Program-made: the position numbers and the translations under genes | Part shown: piece after piece, positions 1-11,173 of the stretch | How the letters are laid out: the number at the start of each line of letters is the position of its first letter | How positions within the stretch are numbered: position 1 is the first letter of the stretch | Assembly: GCA_963779615.1 (NCBI GenBank) | Contig: CAVZZA010000003.1 | Location: 352,001 to 416,000 of the forward strand | DNA length: 64,000 bases | DNA from: an uncultured Nitrososphaeraceae archaeon | GTDB taxonomy: Archaea > Thermoproteota > Nitrososphaeria > Nitrososphaerales > Nitrososphaeraceae | Direction of reading: 5' to 3' | Notes under the pieces: generated by a model | Told to the model about the DNA's origin: nothing | Database searches by the model: none | Seen by the model: the letters and a program-made list of their open reading frames with translations, nothing else

Positions 1-60
1 TTGGTTGGGTAGCAACAACCATAATAACCAGATGTGTTCAGAGCCAGCCTTGATTTTACT
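1..60 (-). pseudogene. Possible IS6-family transposase remnant, truncated by window edge
   Basis: Minus strand reads KIKAGSEHIWLLW, then with a frameshift VVATQP. This resembles the IKVGSEYIWLWVAIEP motif I recall from thaumarchaeal IS6-type transposases. Very short match. Confidence 0.3.
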
Positions 61-523
61 ATTGTAAATAATATGGTATTGTAGAGTTCCTATCGTAGAT
101 GCATCTTGCCTGCTTGTTTGTTTTTTTTCTGCTTTGTTGCATAGCTATGAAATTCGTCAATTTGTGATAGAGCACATATCGGCATAATGCGAGTATCGAT
201 TATTCCCCTTACAAAAACAAAACTAGCACGTCTAAAAAATACGAAAATTTGAGTTACGCAACAAAGCATTTTTTACCCATTTCCAAATAATAAAACCGGC
301 TTATCTTAACATTTGTAAAAAAATAATTCTTTTGCAGCGTTCCCAATGGACAAACCAGCAAGAAAGCACAAACACAAACCATAACCAATGTGCCTTGAAC
401 TTTTGTTATGTATGGGAACCCATAAAGGAAACAGGACATATTCAAGAAATAGGCTTTTCCTAAAGTTGACAGCATTGTTTTTAGACTCAATTTATAAATA
501 TCCAATTTGAGAATGATGTTATA

Positions 524-1219
524 GTGTCATCAACAATTACCGAATACACTTGTGAGGATTGTGGCTCTTTACTATTTCATTCCAACCCTAATACGCTTCA
601 AAGTATGAAGGAAATACATTCACAACTATGCCCAGTAAAAAGACAAAAAACATTAGCTAATGCCGAGGCAGAAAAACTAAAGAGGTTGGCAACATCCAGA
701 GTTGTAACCCAAGTTCAATCCACCCAAACCGCCTCAAACGCAGGTCCTAGAGCAGCAGCAGAAGTAGCACCTGCCGCTGTTGCCTCAGCAGCATCTGCGC
801 CAAGCGGTGGTGGTGGTGGAGGAGGAGGAGGAAGTGGGCCGGTAAAACCCGGTAACACTACTATATCATTGACGGGTACCGGCACAGATCATGCTGCGGC
901 CGAAGGGCCGATTGACATGGGGTTCAAGTCGAATAGGCAGCCCGTTGGGAAATTCCAGGGAATTGAGGTGTGGGGCCCATACGACGCTCCCGGTCAATTG
1001 GGGATATGGGGAACCGACGTCTGTGTGGACTTTGACATATGCGTATCCGATGGTGCCTGCATTGATGCCTGTCCAGTAAATGTTTATGAGTGGCTTGACA
1101 CCCCGGGCCACCCAGCATCCGAAAAAAAACCCTTTATGATTAGGGAAAAGGACTGCATATTTTGCCTGGCATGCGAGAACGTTTGCCCGCCACAAGCAAT
1201 AAAGATATTTGTAAAGTAA
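524..1219 (+). CDS. Dicluster ferredoxin with N-terminal Zn-finger-like domain (CxxC..H..C) and Ala/Gly linker
   Basis: [12 protein letters not shown] and [12 protein letters not shown] Fe-S motifs; N-terminal CEDC...H...C; TATA-like TTTATAAA at ~491. Confidence 0.85.
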   Translation: MSSTITEYTCEDCGSLLFHSNPNTLQSMKEIHSQLCPVKRQKTLANAEAEKLKRLATSRVVTQVQSTQTASNAGPRAAAEVAPAAVASAASAPSGGGGGGGGGSGPVKPGNTTISLTGTGTDHAAAEGPIDMGFKSNRQPVGKFQGIEVWGPYDAPGQLGIWGTDVCVDFDICVSDGACIDACPVNVYEWLDTPGHPASEKKPFMIREKDCIFCLACENVCPPQAIKIFVK

Positions 1220-1380
1220 CAGACTCCAACAACCAAAAGGTAGACAAACATACAGGTGATAAACCTCTTTCTCCCTATTTCTTTTTATTCATTCTTTTCC
1301 TAAGCACATATTTTTAACTTTTTAATAAGGCTATTTTTTCTAATGTAAAATGGTTGACAATATATAAAGAAAAAATTTCA

Positions 1381-2534
1381 ATGACTAAGCCCGTAAAAAT
1401 AGGAATAGTGGGTGGAGGACAACTTGGAAAGATGTTGGCTTTGGAAGCAAAACGAATGTTTATGGTGGTTATTGTATTGGATCCTTCTGCAGATTGTCCA
1501 GCATCACATATTGCCGATAAGGTAATAGTTGGCAATTATTCAGATGAACAAAAGATTTATGATCTTTCAAAAGAGGTAGATTTGATTACTTATGAAATAG
1601 AACTTGCCAATTCCAAGGCTCTTAATAACCTAGTTCTAAGGGGGTTTCCCGTTCAATCCATCTCCTAAGACCTTAAACATAATTCAAAACAAGTATCGTC
1701 AAAAAAAATTTTTAAAAGAGAGTGGAATCAATGTTCCAAGATTTGAGTTAGTAGCCTCTGAAAACCATTTGAGGAAAATATGTTCAGAGTTTGGATTTCC
1801 GGTAATGCTAAAGGCTTGTGAAGACTCCTATGACGGCCGGGGCAATTATCTAATCAAAAATAAGGATCAGATAACACCAGCCTTCTCGTATTTTACAGGC
1901 AAGCAATGCATGGTCGAGGAGTTCGTTGATTTTAAAAAAGAGATTTCGATAATGATAGCAAGAAACTCTTCGGGCGAAATATCTTCCTTTCCAATTGGTG
2001 AAAACATTCACAGGGACAACATTCTGGATTTGACCGTTGTTCCCGCAAGAATTACCAATGAAGTTGAAGCAAAAGCAACTAACCTCGCCATTAAAACTAT
2101 CGAGTCACTAAAGGGCTCGGGCATTTTTGGAATAGAAATGTTTGTAGATAATAATGATAACGTTCTTATTAATGAGATAGCTCCACGCCCACACAATTCA
2201 GGGCACTATACCATAGAGGCTTGCTCGATATCTCAATTTGAGCAACACATAAGAGCGGTATTAGACTATCCACTGCCAAAACCGTTCTTAATTTCAAATG
2301 CAGTCATGGTTAATTTGCTTGGCCCGGAAAAAACAAAAGGGGACATATGAGATACACGGGATAGACAAACTATTCTCCTTAGTGGGCGTTAAACTACACA
2401 TATATGGTAAAACGGTAACAAAGCCTCACCGAAAGCTAGGTCACATAACCGCACTCATTCCCGAAAACAAAGACCCAATTGAGGTTGCAGAAAAGATTAA
2501 GCAGACTATCGAAATAAAGGAAGCGAATCAATAA
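1381..2534 (+). pseudogene. purK: N5-carboxyaminoimidazole ribonucleotide synthase, split by two +1 frameshifts (~1654 and ~2340); possibly assembly errors
   Basis: KIGIVGGGQLGKML, YDGRGN, INEIAPRPHNSGH and HIYGK..KPHRKLGH occur in three successive frames; gene lies directly upstream of purE. Confidence 0.9.
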
Positions 2535-2600
2535 CCAAATAGCCAATAAAAAATACATTAAAACCTGCTAAAATACGAATATAAAAGTGTAGAGAAACAG

Positions 2601-3227
2601 TTGAACAAAACCCGAATCTCAAAAACCACAGACAAACCTAAAACCACAGACAAACCTAAAATCACAAACGGCAACCCAATCACAAGGACAATAAAAAACA
2701 CGAATACAAGTTTACCAATTGTGAGTATTATTATGGGCAGTGATTCTGATCTTTACATCATGAAGGAAGCATCAGAGGCTCTGAGTGATTTTGGCATACC
2801 TCATGAAATAAAAATCGTATCAGCACATAGAACCCCCATGTTTATGGCGGATTTTTCCCAAAATGCAGAGGGAAGAGGAATCAAGGTAATTATTGCAGGT
2901 GCTGGAGGCGCTGCGCATTTACCTGGCATGGTTGCCTCATTAACCCCCTTGCCAGTAATAGGAGTCCCGATTAAATCCTCATCATCAATAGACGGGATAG
3001 ATTCCCTATTATCTATTGTACAAATGCCCCCCGGAATACCTGTTGCAACCATGGCCATTAACGGTGCCAAAAATGCGGGTATTTTGGCCTGCTCAATCCT
3101 AGCAACACACTCTAGTGAATTGTCTCTGAAGGTAAGGCAATTCAAAAACCAAATGGTTGAAGAAACAAAGGTGAAAAACGAGAACCTTAACAGATTGGGT
3201 TTCAAAAACTACCTAAAAAAAAAATGA
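2601..3227 (+). CDS. purE: N5-CAIR mutase
   Basis: [28 protein letters not shown] and [13 protein letters not shown] motifs. Start uncertain because the N-terminal extension contains an 18-bp duplication (KTTDKP x2). Confidence 0.95.
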   Translation: MNKTRISKTTDKPKTTDKPKITNGNPITRTIKNTNTSLPIVSIIMGSDSDLYIMKEASEALSDFGIPHEIKIVSAHRTPMFMADFSQNAEGRGIKVIIAGAGGAAHLPGMVASLTPLPVIGVPIKSSSSIDGIDSLLSIVQMPPGIPVATMAINGAKNAGILACSILATHSSELSLKVRQFKNQMVEETKVKNENLNRLGFKNYLKKK

Positions 3228-3305
3228 AGAATGAACAAAAGAAACATCAAGGTGAAAAAAATGAATAAAAATAAATAAACAATGATTTTATAGGTCAAAC
3301 AAAGA

Positions 3306-4142
3306 TTGGAAAAAGAGATAGCGATAATTGGTTGTGGTGTGATAGGAAGTGAATTGGCCCAGGCCATAGACAGCAGGACAATTCCCAATTGTTCATTAAC
3401 TGCAATTTTTGACACAGATCCCAAAAAATCAAAAGCGGTGAATGAAAAGTTAAAAAATAAAGCCACTCTTTTCAGCGATTTCCAGGATTTTATAGAATCG
3501 CCCCAATTTAACAAAATCGATATGGTAATTGAAGCGGCATCAATTGATGCCGCTTCAATTTATGGAATTGACATTCTTAAAAAAGGAAAAGACATGATGA
3601 TGATGAGTATAGGAGTGTTTTCAGATTATAATTTTTATAAAAACACTCTGCAGGTTCTCAAATCAAAGTCCAACAACATTTTTCTACCATCAGGTGCAAT
3701 TGGCGGAATAGACGTCATAAGAAGTGTAAAAAGCCATATAGAATCAATCACACTAACAACAACAAAGAACAATAAATCGTTAAAGGGCGCACCATTTTTC
3801 AAAAACAACAATATAAACATAGATGAAATAAAAAGCAAACAGACTGTTTTTGACGGAAATGCCGATGATGCCATAAAGCAGTTTCCGTCCAATGTTAATG
3901 TTTCTGCTTTGATTAGTTTAGCGGGCATAGGTTTTAAGCAAACCAGCGTAAAGGTTGTAGTGGACCCAGAAGAGTCAAACAACATACATGAAATACATGC
4001 CAAGTGGAAATTTGGAGAATTCACAATAAGGATAAGCAACAAACCAAGTCAAGAAAATCCTAAAACCAGTTACCTGGCAACACTGTCTGCGGTCGAATGC
4101 TTACGCTCTATTTGCACGCATGACATAAAGATCGGGTCTTGA
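3306..4142 (+). CDS. nadX: L-aspartate dehydrogenase
   Basis: GCGVIG Rossmann motif, LPSGAIGGID, FPSNVNV, NPKTSYLA. Confidence 0.9.
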   Translation: MEKEIAIIGCGVIGSELAQAIDSRTIPNCSLTAIFDTDPKKSKAVNEKLKNKATLFSDFQDFIESPQFNKIDMVIEAASIDAASIYGIDILKKGKDMMMMSIGVFSDYNFYKNTLQVLKSKSNNIFLPSGAIGGIDVIRSVKSHIESITLTTTKNNKSLKGAPFFKNNNINIDEIKSKQTVFDGNADDAIKQFPSNVNVSALISLAGIGFKQTSVKVVVDPEESNNIHEIHAKWKFGEFTIRISNKPSQENPKTSYLATLSAVECLRSICTHDIKIGS

Positions 4143-4157
4143 TTTACCCCGACCTAA

Positions 4158-4778
4158 CTATTTTAGAACTATCAAGGAGGTGTATCCGCGACTCTCCATG
4201 ATTGCGTCGTTTTCAATTTCTTCAGTTTTTATTGTGATGGATATAACATCCACCCGATCAAACCTTTTAGGCTTTATCAGTATAAAATCATCCAGCATGT
4301 CCGAGGATTCGAAACTCGTATTGCTATAGTTAAATTCCACAGGATTGCTTGAGCTTGTCAGAAAAATTTGGTTCTTGTCATAGTTACAGAGCCTAATTTG
4401 CCGTCCCGCTCTTGGAAATGCCCTTATGCCAACTTTTATTGGCTTTTTATCGTGAATTATGTACCGGCTACCATTATTCACAAGGATATTGAACTGAAAA
4501 GGGTATCCTGCAGTGTTTTCTGCCATCTTATTGATTCCGTCATTCATTATTATGTCGATTTTTTTTATTGTATCCCCAAATTCAAAGATGAAATTATTTG
4601 TCATTTTTACGATTTCGTCAATTTTTGCCTTCCTAGCATTTTCTTCGCTTGTTTGAAGTTTATACCGATCTATCCAATCTTTGTAATCCTTACTAAGGTC
4701 GGTGATAAAATCCGTACATGTATTTTGATAGTCTGGGATACTAGTTGCTCTTTCAGAGTCGGTATCGGAGGCAAACAT
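4158..4778 (-). CDS. Hypothetical protein
   Basis: 206-aa ORF with ATG start, convergent with nadX; no recognisable motif. Confidence 0.65.
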   Translation of the reverse strand: MFASDTDSERATSIPDYQNTCTDFITDLSKDYKDWIDRYKLQTSEENARKAKIDEIVKMTNNFIFEFGDTIKKIDIIMNDGINKMAENTAGYPFQFNILVNNGSRYIIHDKKPIKVGIRAFPRAGRQIRLCNYDKNQIFLTSSSNPVEFNYSNTSFESSDMLDDFILIKPKRFDRVDVISITIKTEEIENDAIMESRGYTSLIVLK

Positions 4779-4978
4779 AATATAATGTTGTTCAACTGCA
4801 ATTAACTCATTTATTAAACTTTAACACTCTTTAAGATACTGTATCAAAATGAACGAATTTTCCTCCCTAATCACAGATCTAACAAACAACATTAACAACA
4901 ATATGGAATTTTTTAGGACAACCGTTATGAAAAAACCGACTTTGGTGTACTACAAGACTAAACGAACTTTCAAATTTT

Positions 4979-5350
4979 GTGGGTTCAAGGTATAACCTAA
5001 AACTGGAGATTCACTTTCCCAACTCAAACAAAATTTACAACATCAATGAATACGGAAAAGAGAACATCAGCATAATAATAGACAAATTTAGAAAGGTATT
5101 TCCCATTCCAAGGGAACTCATTAAACAAGAGGCCACTAATTTGTTTCAGAATGCAATAGTTACGGATGGCTACATGTATGAAGGCAAAGAGGGGATAAAA
5201 ATAGTTTTTAATGACAGTGCCAAATCCCGCATTGAGGTATTGCCAGGCTCTTTTCACCTATGGGCAAAAATCGATGAAAATGTTGAAAAGTTTTGCAATT
5301 GGCTATTGCTTAAGGTTTATTCTGATCGCAGTTTAAACAAAAATAAATAA
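4979..5350 (+). CDS. Hypothetical protein
   Basis: 123-aa ORF with protein-like composition. Confidence 0.6.
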   Translation: MGSRYNLKLEIHFPNSNKIYNINEYGKENISIIIDKFRKVFPIPRELIKQEATNLFQNAIVTDGYMYEGKEGIKIVFNDSAKSRIEVLPGSFHLWAKIDENVEKFCNWLLLKVYSDRSLNKNK

Positions 5351-5397
5351 TTCTTTTATCCATCTGTTGGTTTTTTCAGAATAAAAAAATGGGGTAG

Positions 5398-6459
5398 CTA
5401 ACTGGCCACCACATCAAAGGTGGCGGACTCGACAAACATGTCCAACGATTCACCATTTGCAGTTTGGACGGTAACCTGAATGTGCTTTACCCCGGGAGTA
5501 TCGAATGTGTAATCAACCTTCCCAATCCCATCAGGCGCGCGCTGATTGTCAAAGTTTTTCAAGACTTTATCGTCCTGATCAGTTATTTCGAATCCAAAGG
5601 TAACCCGTGGTACGATACTGTTTTTATCATCGGCAAAAACAACTCCAAAGTGGGTAACCTGCCCCGCTTTAATTTCAACTGGCTCCCACAACAATTGAAG
5701 GTTATAGGAGCCCCTTGGGGTTAGAATGGATAATGGGGGTTTTGGAATCTCTGTTTGGGTTTTAGGTATTGCTGGCTGGCCAGTCCCCATGGCTTTTAAT
5801 TCATAAGCATACTGTGTTGGTGGAGTGCCCGTTGTGACGTCAGCATAGGTTTGGGCTTTTACAGGAAAAGGTAAGTTCCTATCTATGTAAATACTGTTGG
5901 TTATGCCCTTATAATACCCCACAGCAACTGTGTCAAAGGTCCCTGCAGGCGTTGTTACCTTAGCTGAGCCTGAAGGTTTGATCTCAGAACCACCTATCGC
6001 AGCAATTTTTCCCCACGATGCAGAGCTGAGTGATTGGCCGGGTTTTGGCACATAGGCAGCCAACCAGCCCAAGGATGTTGCATATGCACCTCGATATTTG
6101 GCCATTTCCGGTGGAACAGGCGATGATCCCAAAGCGGTCAAATCAAGATCGCTAAGATAAAATGTTCCATTATATACCTTGCCTTGATCAACCACATATG
6201 TGGGAACAACCCAGTATTTGCCTGTGGCATTGTATTCTTTAAAGTAAAGAGTAATGGAGAATGGCTGACCTTGGTTTGTGTCGGCGCTTTTTATTTCATA
6301 TGTATAGTAGGTGTTGGGTTTAACGCCCTTTCCTAGATACCACGAATCAGATTGTGCGTATACAGTTCCCATAAATTGGTTGACCTGTAATGCAGTCGTT
6401 CCAAGTGTAAAAATTAGGAAAAAAGCGATTACTTTCTTTTCTGATTTCTTATTTAACAT
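5398..6459 (-). CDS. Secreted/surface hypothetical protein
   Basis: Signal peptide ending VYAQ; beta-rich mature part; C-terminal Ig-like segment. Confidence 0.8.
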   Translation of the reverse strand: MLNKKSEKKVIAFFLIFTLGTTALQVNQFMGTVYAQSDSWYLGKGVKPNTYYTYEIKSADTNQGQPFSITLYFKEYNATGKYWVVPTYVVDQGKVYNGTFYLSDLDLTALGSSPVPPEMAKYRGAYATSLGWLAAYVPKPGQSLSSASWGKIAAIGGSEIKPSGSAKVTTPAGTFDTVAVGYYKGITNSIYIDRNLPFPVKAQTYADVTTGTPPTQYAYELKAMGTGQPAIPKTQTEIPKPPLSILTPRGSYNLQLLWEPVEIKAGQVTHFGVVFADDKNSIVPRVTFGFEITDQDDKVLKNFDNQRAPDGIGKVDYTFDTPGVKHIQVTVQTANGESLDMFVESATFDVVAS

Positions 6460-6511
6460 TTGAATTAGATAAAATATAGTGCTATACTCTTTAAAGGTTT
6501 ATTATTGATTG

Positions 6512-6641
6512 CTTTGCTGCATGATTAGAAATACAGTCAATCATACCACTTTCCTGCAATCCATGTTAAATCATGACTAGTTACTCTGGACAATAACCAA
6601 AACGCCAACAAAAAATGATTTGCAATAATCATGCAGCAAAG
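6512..6641. repeat. 16-bp perfect inverted repeat in a divergent intergenic region
   Basis: CTTTGCTGCATGATTA (6512-6527) and TAATCATGCAGCAAAG (6626-6641). Confidence 0.8.
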
Positions 6642-6722
6642 AGTTCTTAACCCCATATCAAAACGCATGTAACTGCATTTAATAAAAAATAAATTAGTAG
6701 TTCAAATATCAAAAAGTAAAAT

Positions 6723-6887
6723 ATGTGTGATTGTTCTAAAGTTCATTTCTATGACGTAGACTTTAAACTGTACGGTATGAAGGTTGTCCCCTCCTGCAAA
6801 AATTGCGGAAGTCCTCTAAGTGATGAACAGGCAAAAAAATTTGAAAAGGAAATAATGAAACACTGGGGCTTCGAAGAAAAAAAATGA
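6723..6887 (+). CDS. Small Cys-rich (Zn-ribbon-like) protein, 54 aa, missing from the ORF track
   Basis: MCDCSKVHFYDVDFKLYGMKVVPSCKNCGSPLSDEQAKKFEKEIMKHWGFEEKK*; CxC and CxxC pairs. Confidence 0.7.
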   Translation: MCDCSKVHFYDVDFKLYGMKVVPSCKNCGSPLSDEQAKKFEKEIMKHWGFEEKK

Positions 6888-6959
6888 TTAGCACACTTTA
6901 ACAACATTTTTGCGTCAACTTTATAAATCTCCTAAAGAAGAAAAAAGCAGTGGTAAAGA

Positions 6960-7214
6960 ATGACCAAAATGTTTAACGTAAATATAGATACAGAGGGATT
7001 AAATCAAAGCGAAGCCCAAGAATGGGCAAACGAACTGGCTAACGTGTACGCAGATATGGAAGTTTCTGATGTAAATGTGTCTGGCAACAAAATCAGTTTT
7101 AAAGCAGGCTACTCGGGAATGGATGACACACAGGCTGATGACATCAGAATGAAATTGGATGAGTATTTAACGATGAATGATCTCTTCAAGGTAAAGGACA
7201 TATCAGTATCCTAA
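6960..7214 (+). CDS. Small acidic hypothetical protein
   Basis: 84-aa ORF with TTTATAAA TATA box at ~6920 and T-run downstream. Confidence 0.75.
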   Translation: MTKMFNVNIDTEGLNQSEAQEWANELANVYADMEVSDVNVSGNKISFKAGYSGMDDTQADDIRMKLDEYLTMNDLFKVKDISVS

Positions 7215-7304
7215 CCCATTTTTTTAAATTCATTAATGATCATTAAATAAACGTTGTTATATAGGTTTATATAGAACAAACCGTACTTGTTTATGTTTTC
7301 AAGA

Positions 7305-7544
7305 ATGACATGCAAAGGTATTTGTATCAGACATAAAGCTCAGAAGCCGGTTGGATCAGGCCGTTATGCAAGTGGTCAAAAACGTTGCCAAATATGCGAG
7401 ATTTTCATAAAGTGGGACGGATTATGGTGTCCATGTTGTGGATATAGGCTACGAACTAAACCAAGAAACTTAAAATATAAAGCAAAACTTCGAGCAAGAA
7501 ATAAAACTATTGAGCCAATAGAACAGGCAATAGTTATTCAATAA
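7305..7544 (+). CDS. Small Zn-finger protein of a type typical for Thaumarchaeota
   Basis: MTCKGIC...CQIC...CPCC...RLRTKPR; start taken at the ATG at 7305 (ORF track starts at 7287). Confidence 0.8.
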   Translation: MTCKGICIRHKAQKPVGSGRYASGQKRCQICEIFIKWDGLWCPCCGYRLRTKPRNLKYKAKLRARNKTIEPIEQAIVIQ

Positions 7545-8665
7545 TTATTTTTAGCAACACCTTTATTGATATTAAAAAGCATCTCCAATTCCTTCAATAA
7601 CACAGTTTTCTCCTTGATTTGTACATCGAGTATGCGGTTTATTATCTTGCCATAGTTTTTTATGTAACTTTCATCAAAATTGTGCTTTTTTACAAAGCTC
7701 TGGACCAACAGGTTTCCGTCCACATACATTGACTTTTTGTTAAAAAAATCCACCTTGGTTTTAAATATCTCAACCTCATGGTTGTGACGTTCTGTGTGTT
7801 TCATTAAAAAAATTAAGGATTTTTCACTCCTTGTGATAGTAGAGACATTTGATCTGTCCAGTTCAAGATATTCTGACAGGGTGTCAACATGTTCCTTGAT
7901 TTTCATGTTTTTTTCCTTCATGGCATTCATTTGGTATTTCAAATGGGTAGGTTTTGGAGATTCATTACAAAGTAATTGTACCAGCAGAACCAAAAGGCTA
8001 AAGGACATCATTTTTAGATAAATGGAGCACAAGTTTGGGTTGAACACGTTCCTCAACACCTGTTTGTTAACTTTTGTGCAGCATAGCGCAAACTGCATTG
8101 ATCTCCTTTTTGCCAAAACACCGATATTTTTTTGGCCATAGCGTTTTTTTTTCTCAAAAAGGGCCTCCAAATTGCTTTTCAAGGTAGAATTTGTCAAACT
8201 CACATAATTCAGAAGACCGACATCCCTATTTTGGAAAAAGCTTTCTTTGTCTAAAAACAGTACCTCTAACTTTTTATTGTCAAGGTCATAAAAACCGCAT
8301 TTTTTTTTGTCTTTTTTTGGGGTATTTTTTATTTCCCCATTTCCATTTAAAACTATAACATCATATTCGCAGCATTCGTATGAAATTCCGGGATCCGCCC
8401 TGCAGCCTACCAATACACATTCATTTCCAGGATAGTATGTTTTGAGAAAATCAATTATACCATCAATTTCACAACCCAAATGATTCAGAATACCTAACAG
8501 GATACAACAAAATCTATATATTACTTTTCCATGCTGTTTATCCCACCTTTCAAGACAACCAATTAAGCAAAGCATTGTTTTAACAACAATTCCTGCCTCC
8601 TCCCTCCTCCCCATATGGGTGAGTGTATTTAGCAAACTGTCCTTTGATTTTTTATTGACAGGCAC
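7538..8665 (-). CDS. Hypothetical protein, possibly nucleotidyltransferase-like fold; true start probably downstream
   Basis: LVGCRA...CCEYDVIV resembles a degenerate GS..DxD motif. Confidence 0.6.
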   Translation of the reverse strand: MPVNKKSKDSLLNTLTHMGRREEAGIVVKTMLCLIGCLERWDKQHGKVIYRFCCILLGILNHLGCEIDGIIDFLKTYYPGNECVLVGCRADPGISYECCEYDVIVLNGNGEIKNTPKKDKKKCGFYDLDNKKLEVLFLDKESFFQNRDVGLLNYVSLTNSTLKSNLEALFEKKKRYGQKNIGVLAKRRSMQFALCCTKVNKQVLRNVFNPNLCSIYLKMMSFSLLVLLVQLLCNESPKPTHLKYQMNAMKEKNMKIKEHVDTLSEYLELDRSNVSTITRSEKSLIFLMKHTERHNHEVEIFKTKVDFFNKKSMYVDGNLLVQSFVKKHNFDESYIKNYGKIINRILDVQIKEKTVLLKELEMLFNINKGVAKNNY

Positions 8666-9264
8666 ATGTCAACTCATTGTTATATAGCATTTTAAAAAAG
8701 ACGTCTTATTTGACGGCATGGCTTTAAACACGCATGAAAATGTTTCCAAAAGCCCTGATGGTTATTGCGGTTTTATTCGCCTTTTTTTTTGGATATACGC
8801 ATACTTCTCTCAACATCGCATACTAATTACGTGTCTTCACGCACTACAAAGACTTTGAGGGTCTGGAGCCCTTGTTTTTCTCCCCTACGCCAAAAGAAAG
8901 AGGCTTTTCCTCTTACACGCTATAAAACTATCAACAACCAATCATGACAACAGTCATAATTTCAATTTCAAGCGTATTTATTGGCACAAATCCAAACTAT
9001 TGTGGCATCGTTTGTTATCATTGGTTTATAAAGTTGATTTTAATTTTGACCACTCCATTTTATATTGTCAGTGAATACTAAAAACAAACACTACAGGCCA
9101 ATAATTATTGTTATTATGATAATCATCGGCGATAATCATCCATGATTAACATGACAACATGCCAAAAAACATCAAAATCAATCCACATTCTTTGGCATTA
9201 ATGGAAACATTGTAGAAATATTATATCATGTCGCAATGATTTGTGCATATTTCACAATGCGTAG

Positions 9265-9272
9265 TTTATATA
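9265..9272 (+). promoter_or_regulatory. TATA box of amoC
   Basis: TTTATATA ~30 nt upstream of the amoC ATG, preceded by a TTGTG-N7-CACAA dyad at 9241-9257. Confidence 0.55.
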
Positions 9273-9301
9273 ATATATTGCAGAAGCATATGTGAAGAAA
9301 C

Positions 9302-9865
9302 ATGGCCCAAATGCCAGCATTAATTCCAAAAGAAGTAGAGATTCAGAGGCTAAAGAAAATATACATAATGGTCATAATGTTGGGTTCAATTGCTGCATCA
9401 GTCGAGGTGGACAACTTCGTTGATGGATCATTGCACCAAACAGCCATTAGAGACAGCGCATTCACACCAGCACACTGGTGGCTGTACAGCCACTTTATCG
9501 CACTCCCATTAGGGTGGGGATTTGTTGCGATGTATGACAGGAGAGTTCCGGCTTTGAGAGGACCAAACAACTCAATGAACACAGGCCTTAAGATAACCAT
9601 TATCGGTTACCTAGCAACCATGTTCACAATAGGCATCAACGAGTTGTGGCACTTTTGGTTCGTAGAAGAAATATTCTCAGTACCAAACCATTGGATGTTT
9701 AACATGGGTGTAGTGGTAGCCTTTATGGGTGCCCTAGCCTATGTGGTCAGAGTATACGCTCGTTTGGTAGAACTGGGAGCCGAGACACCAGCAAGGAACC
9801 CCTATGTGGCAGAAATGTACAAATTAGCACTCGAGGGAAAACTCTACAGCAGATCAATCCCATAA
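9302..9865 (+). CDS. amoC: Archaeal ammonia monooxygenase subunit C
   Basis: MAQMPALIPKEVEIQRLKK, DGSLHQT.IRDSAFTPAH, NELWHFWFVEEIF..P.HW; 187 aa, typical of AOA AmoC. Confidence 0.97.
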   Translation: MAQMPALIPKEVEIQRLKKIYIMVIMLGSIAASVEVDNFVDGSLHQTAIRDSAFTPAHWWLYSHFIALPLGWGFVAMYDRRVPALRGPNNSMNTGLKITIIGYLATMFTIGINELWHFWFVEEIFSVPNHWMFNMGVVVAFMGALAYVVRVYARLVELGAETPARNPYVAEMYKLALEGKLYSRSIP

Positions 9866-9866
9866 A

Positions 9867-9901
9867 TTTTTTTTTTTGATTTTTGTTTTGTTTTGTTTTT
9901 T
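9867..9901 (+). terminator. Oligo-T terminator after amoC
   Basis: Long T-tracts immediately after the stop codon. Confidence 0.6.
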
Positions 9902-10756
9902 GATGTAGCCCCAATGGCACAAGCATAAAATTAGCATTTAAAATTACAATAGGCTTCACACACACCACCAACCATCATGATAATTTTTTTTAAGGCCAGT
10001 TCCAATACATTCACATGTTTGATCTTTCTGTTCTAGAAAGTTTTACCAGTATCTCCCGAATCCCCCAAAACAATTGGGGAACAGTCAATTTAGTCCAACC
10101 CATCCATACCAAATTAAGGCATTGCTTTAGAGGGATTTTTTCACCTTCAACCACAATGCTTCTTCTTGCAAGTATTTTTTTTAAAAAGACACCCAGATGT
10201 GCATTAGGGCGTTTTTTGTCGCGGAAAAGTCATCGGTTTTAACTCATCAGATGATGTTTATCCCCTTATCCTTTATTTTTTCATAAAGCGATGCAAAATC
10301 AAACTACAGAACGATTTTTCAGGTCTGCAGCCTCATCTCTGTACCAAGACAGCAACTCATCTATTTTGCCAGAGCATATGCAATACAGTAACAAAAATCT
10401 ATCAAGCAAGATAAAAACAATCACAAAGTTTAGTTTTAACCACACTGCAAGATTTTGCAACCGCATCTACAGCATAAGTTACTGAAAACGGCGGTCCATT
10501 GGTTTTATGGAGCACCGCCAAGGCACCTGCAAATGTAAACGAACCTGCACTAAAGGGTTTGTCGGTAACCGTAAGAAGCATCCGAAAACATGGTCATTGC
10601 AGATAATGCAATTGGTGTTCATCAAACCATCTGGCATTGGACGGTTCCCCCATGTTTTTCACCGGGTTTTACTTTTGGTTGAAACATGTGAAGCACCTCC
10701 AATTCAACCACACAACATTGAAAAAGCTTTTATAAAAAAGAAAATTAAGATATGGT

Positions 10757-11173
10757 ATGTCATTTATTGATTTTTCAGAACTAATAAAATCACACAAGGG
10801 AGTAAGTACATCCGACGGACAGGATTGCGGTAACGTAATTGGAGAAAGGGACGACTCTGTATTGGTAGAAAGAAATGTAATGCACGAACATATTTACGTC
10901 ATACCAAAGTCAAAGATTCAGGGATATGATGGCGCACGATTGATACTGAATGTTCCGGAGGCAGACTTGAAGTCTTTTGAAGAAAAAAGAGACGGTAGCA
11001 AAAACTCCAGCGACGATTCGGGAAAATCAGCAGGAATCACAGACACCATTTCCGGTACATTAGACAAAATTAAAGACACAACCATTGGAGTCAAAGACAA
11101 AGTTGTAGATACATCCAAAGAAGTTGCAGGGAAAACAAAAAACACACTAACTCCAGATTCTTCATCTGGTTAG
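10757..11173 (+). CDS. Hypothetical protein, PRC-barrel-like N-terminus with hydrophilic tail
   Basis: GVSTSDGQDCGNV...YVIPKSKIQGYDG pattern. Confidence 0.7.
   Translation: MSFIDFSELIKSHKGVSTSDGQDCGNVIGERDDSVLVERNVMHEHIYVIPKSKIQGYDGARLILNVPEADLKSFEEKRDGSKNSSDDSGKSAGITDTISGTLDKIKDTTIGVKDKVVDTSKEVAGKTKNTLTPDSSSG

Noticed and set aside
9971-10750. Short ORFs downstream of amoC and in other AT-rich gaps (13.7-14.5, 25.6-27.2, 32.2-32.9, 55.4-57.0 kb)
   Set aside because: No recognisable motifs and atypical composition; treated as non-coding or decayed sequence.
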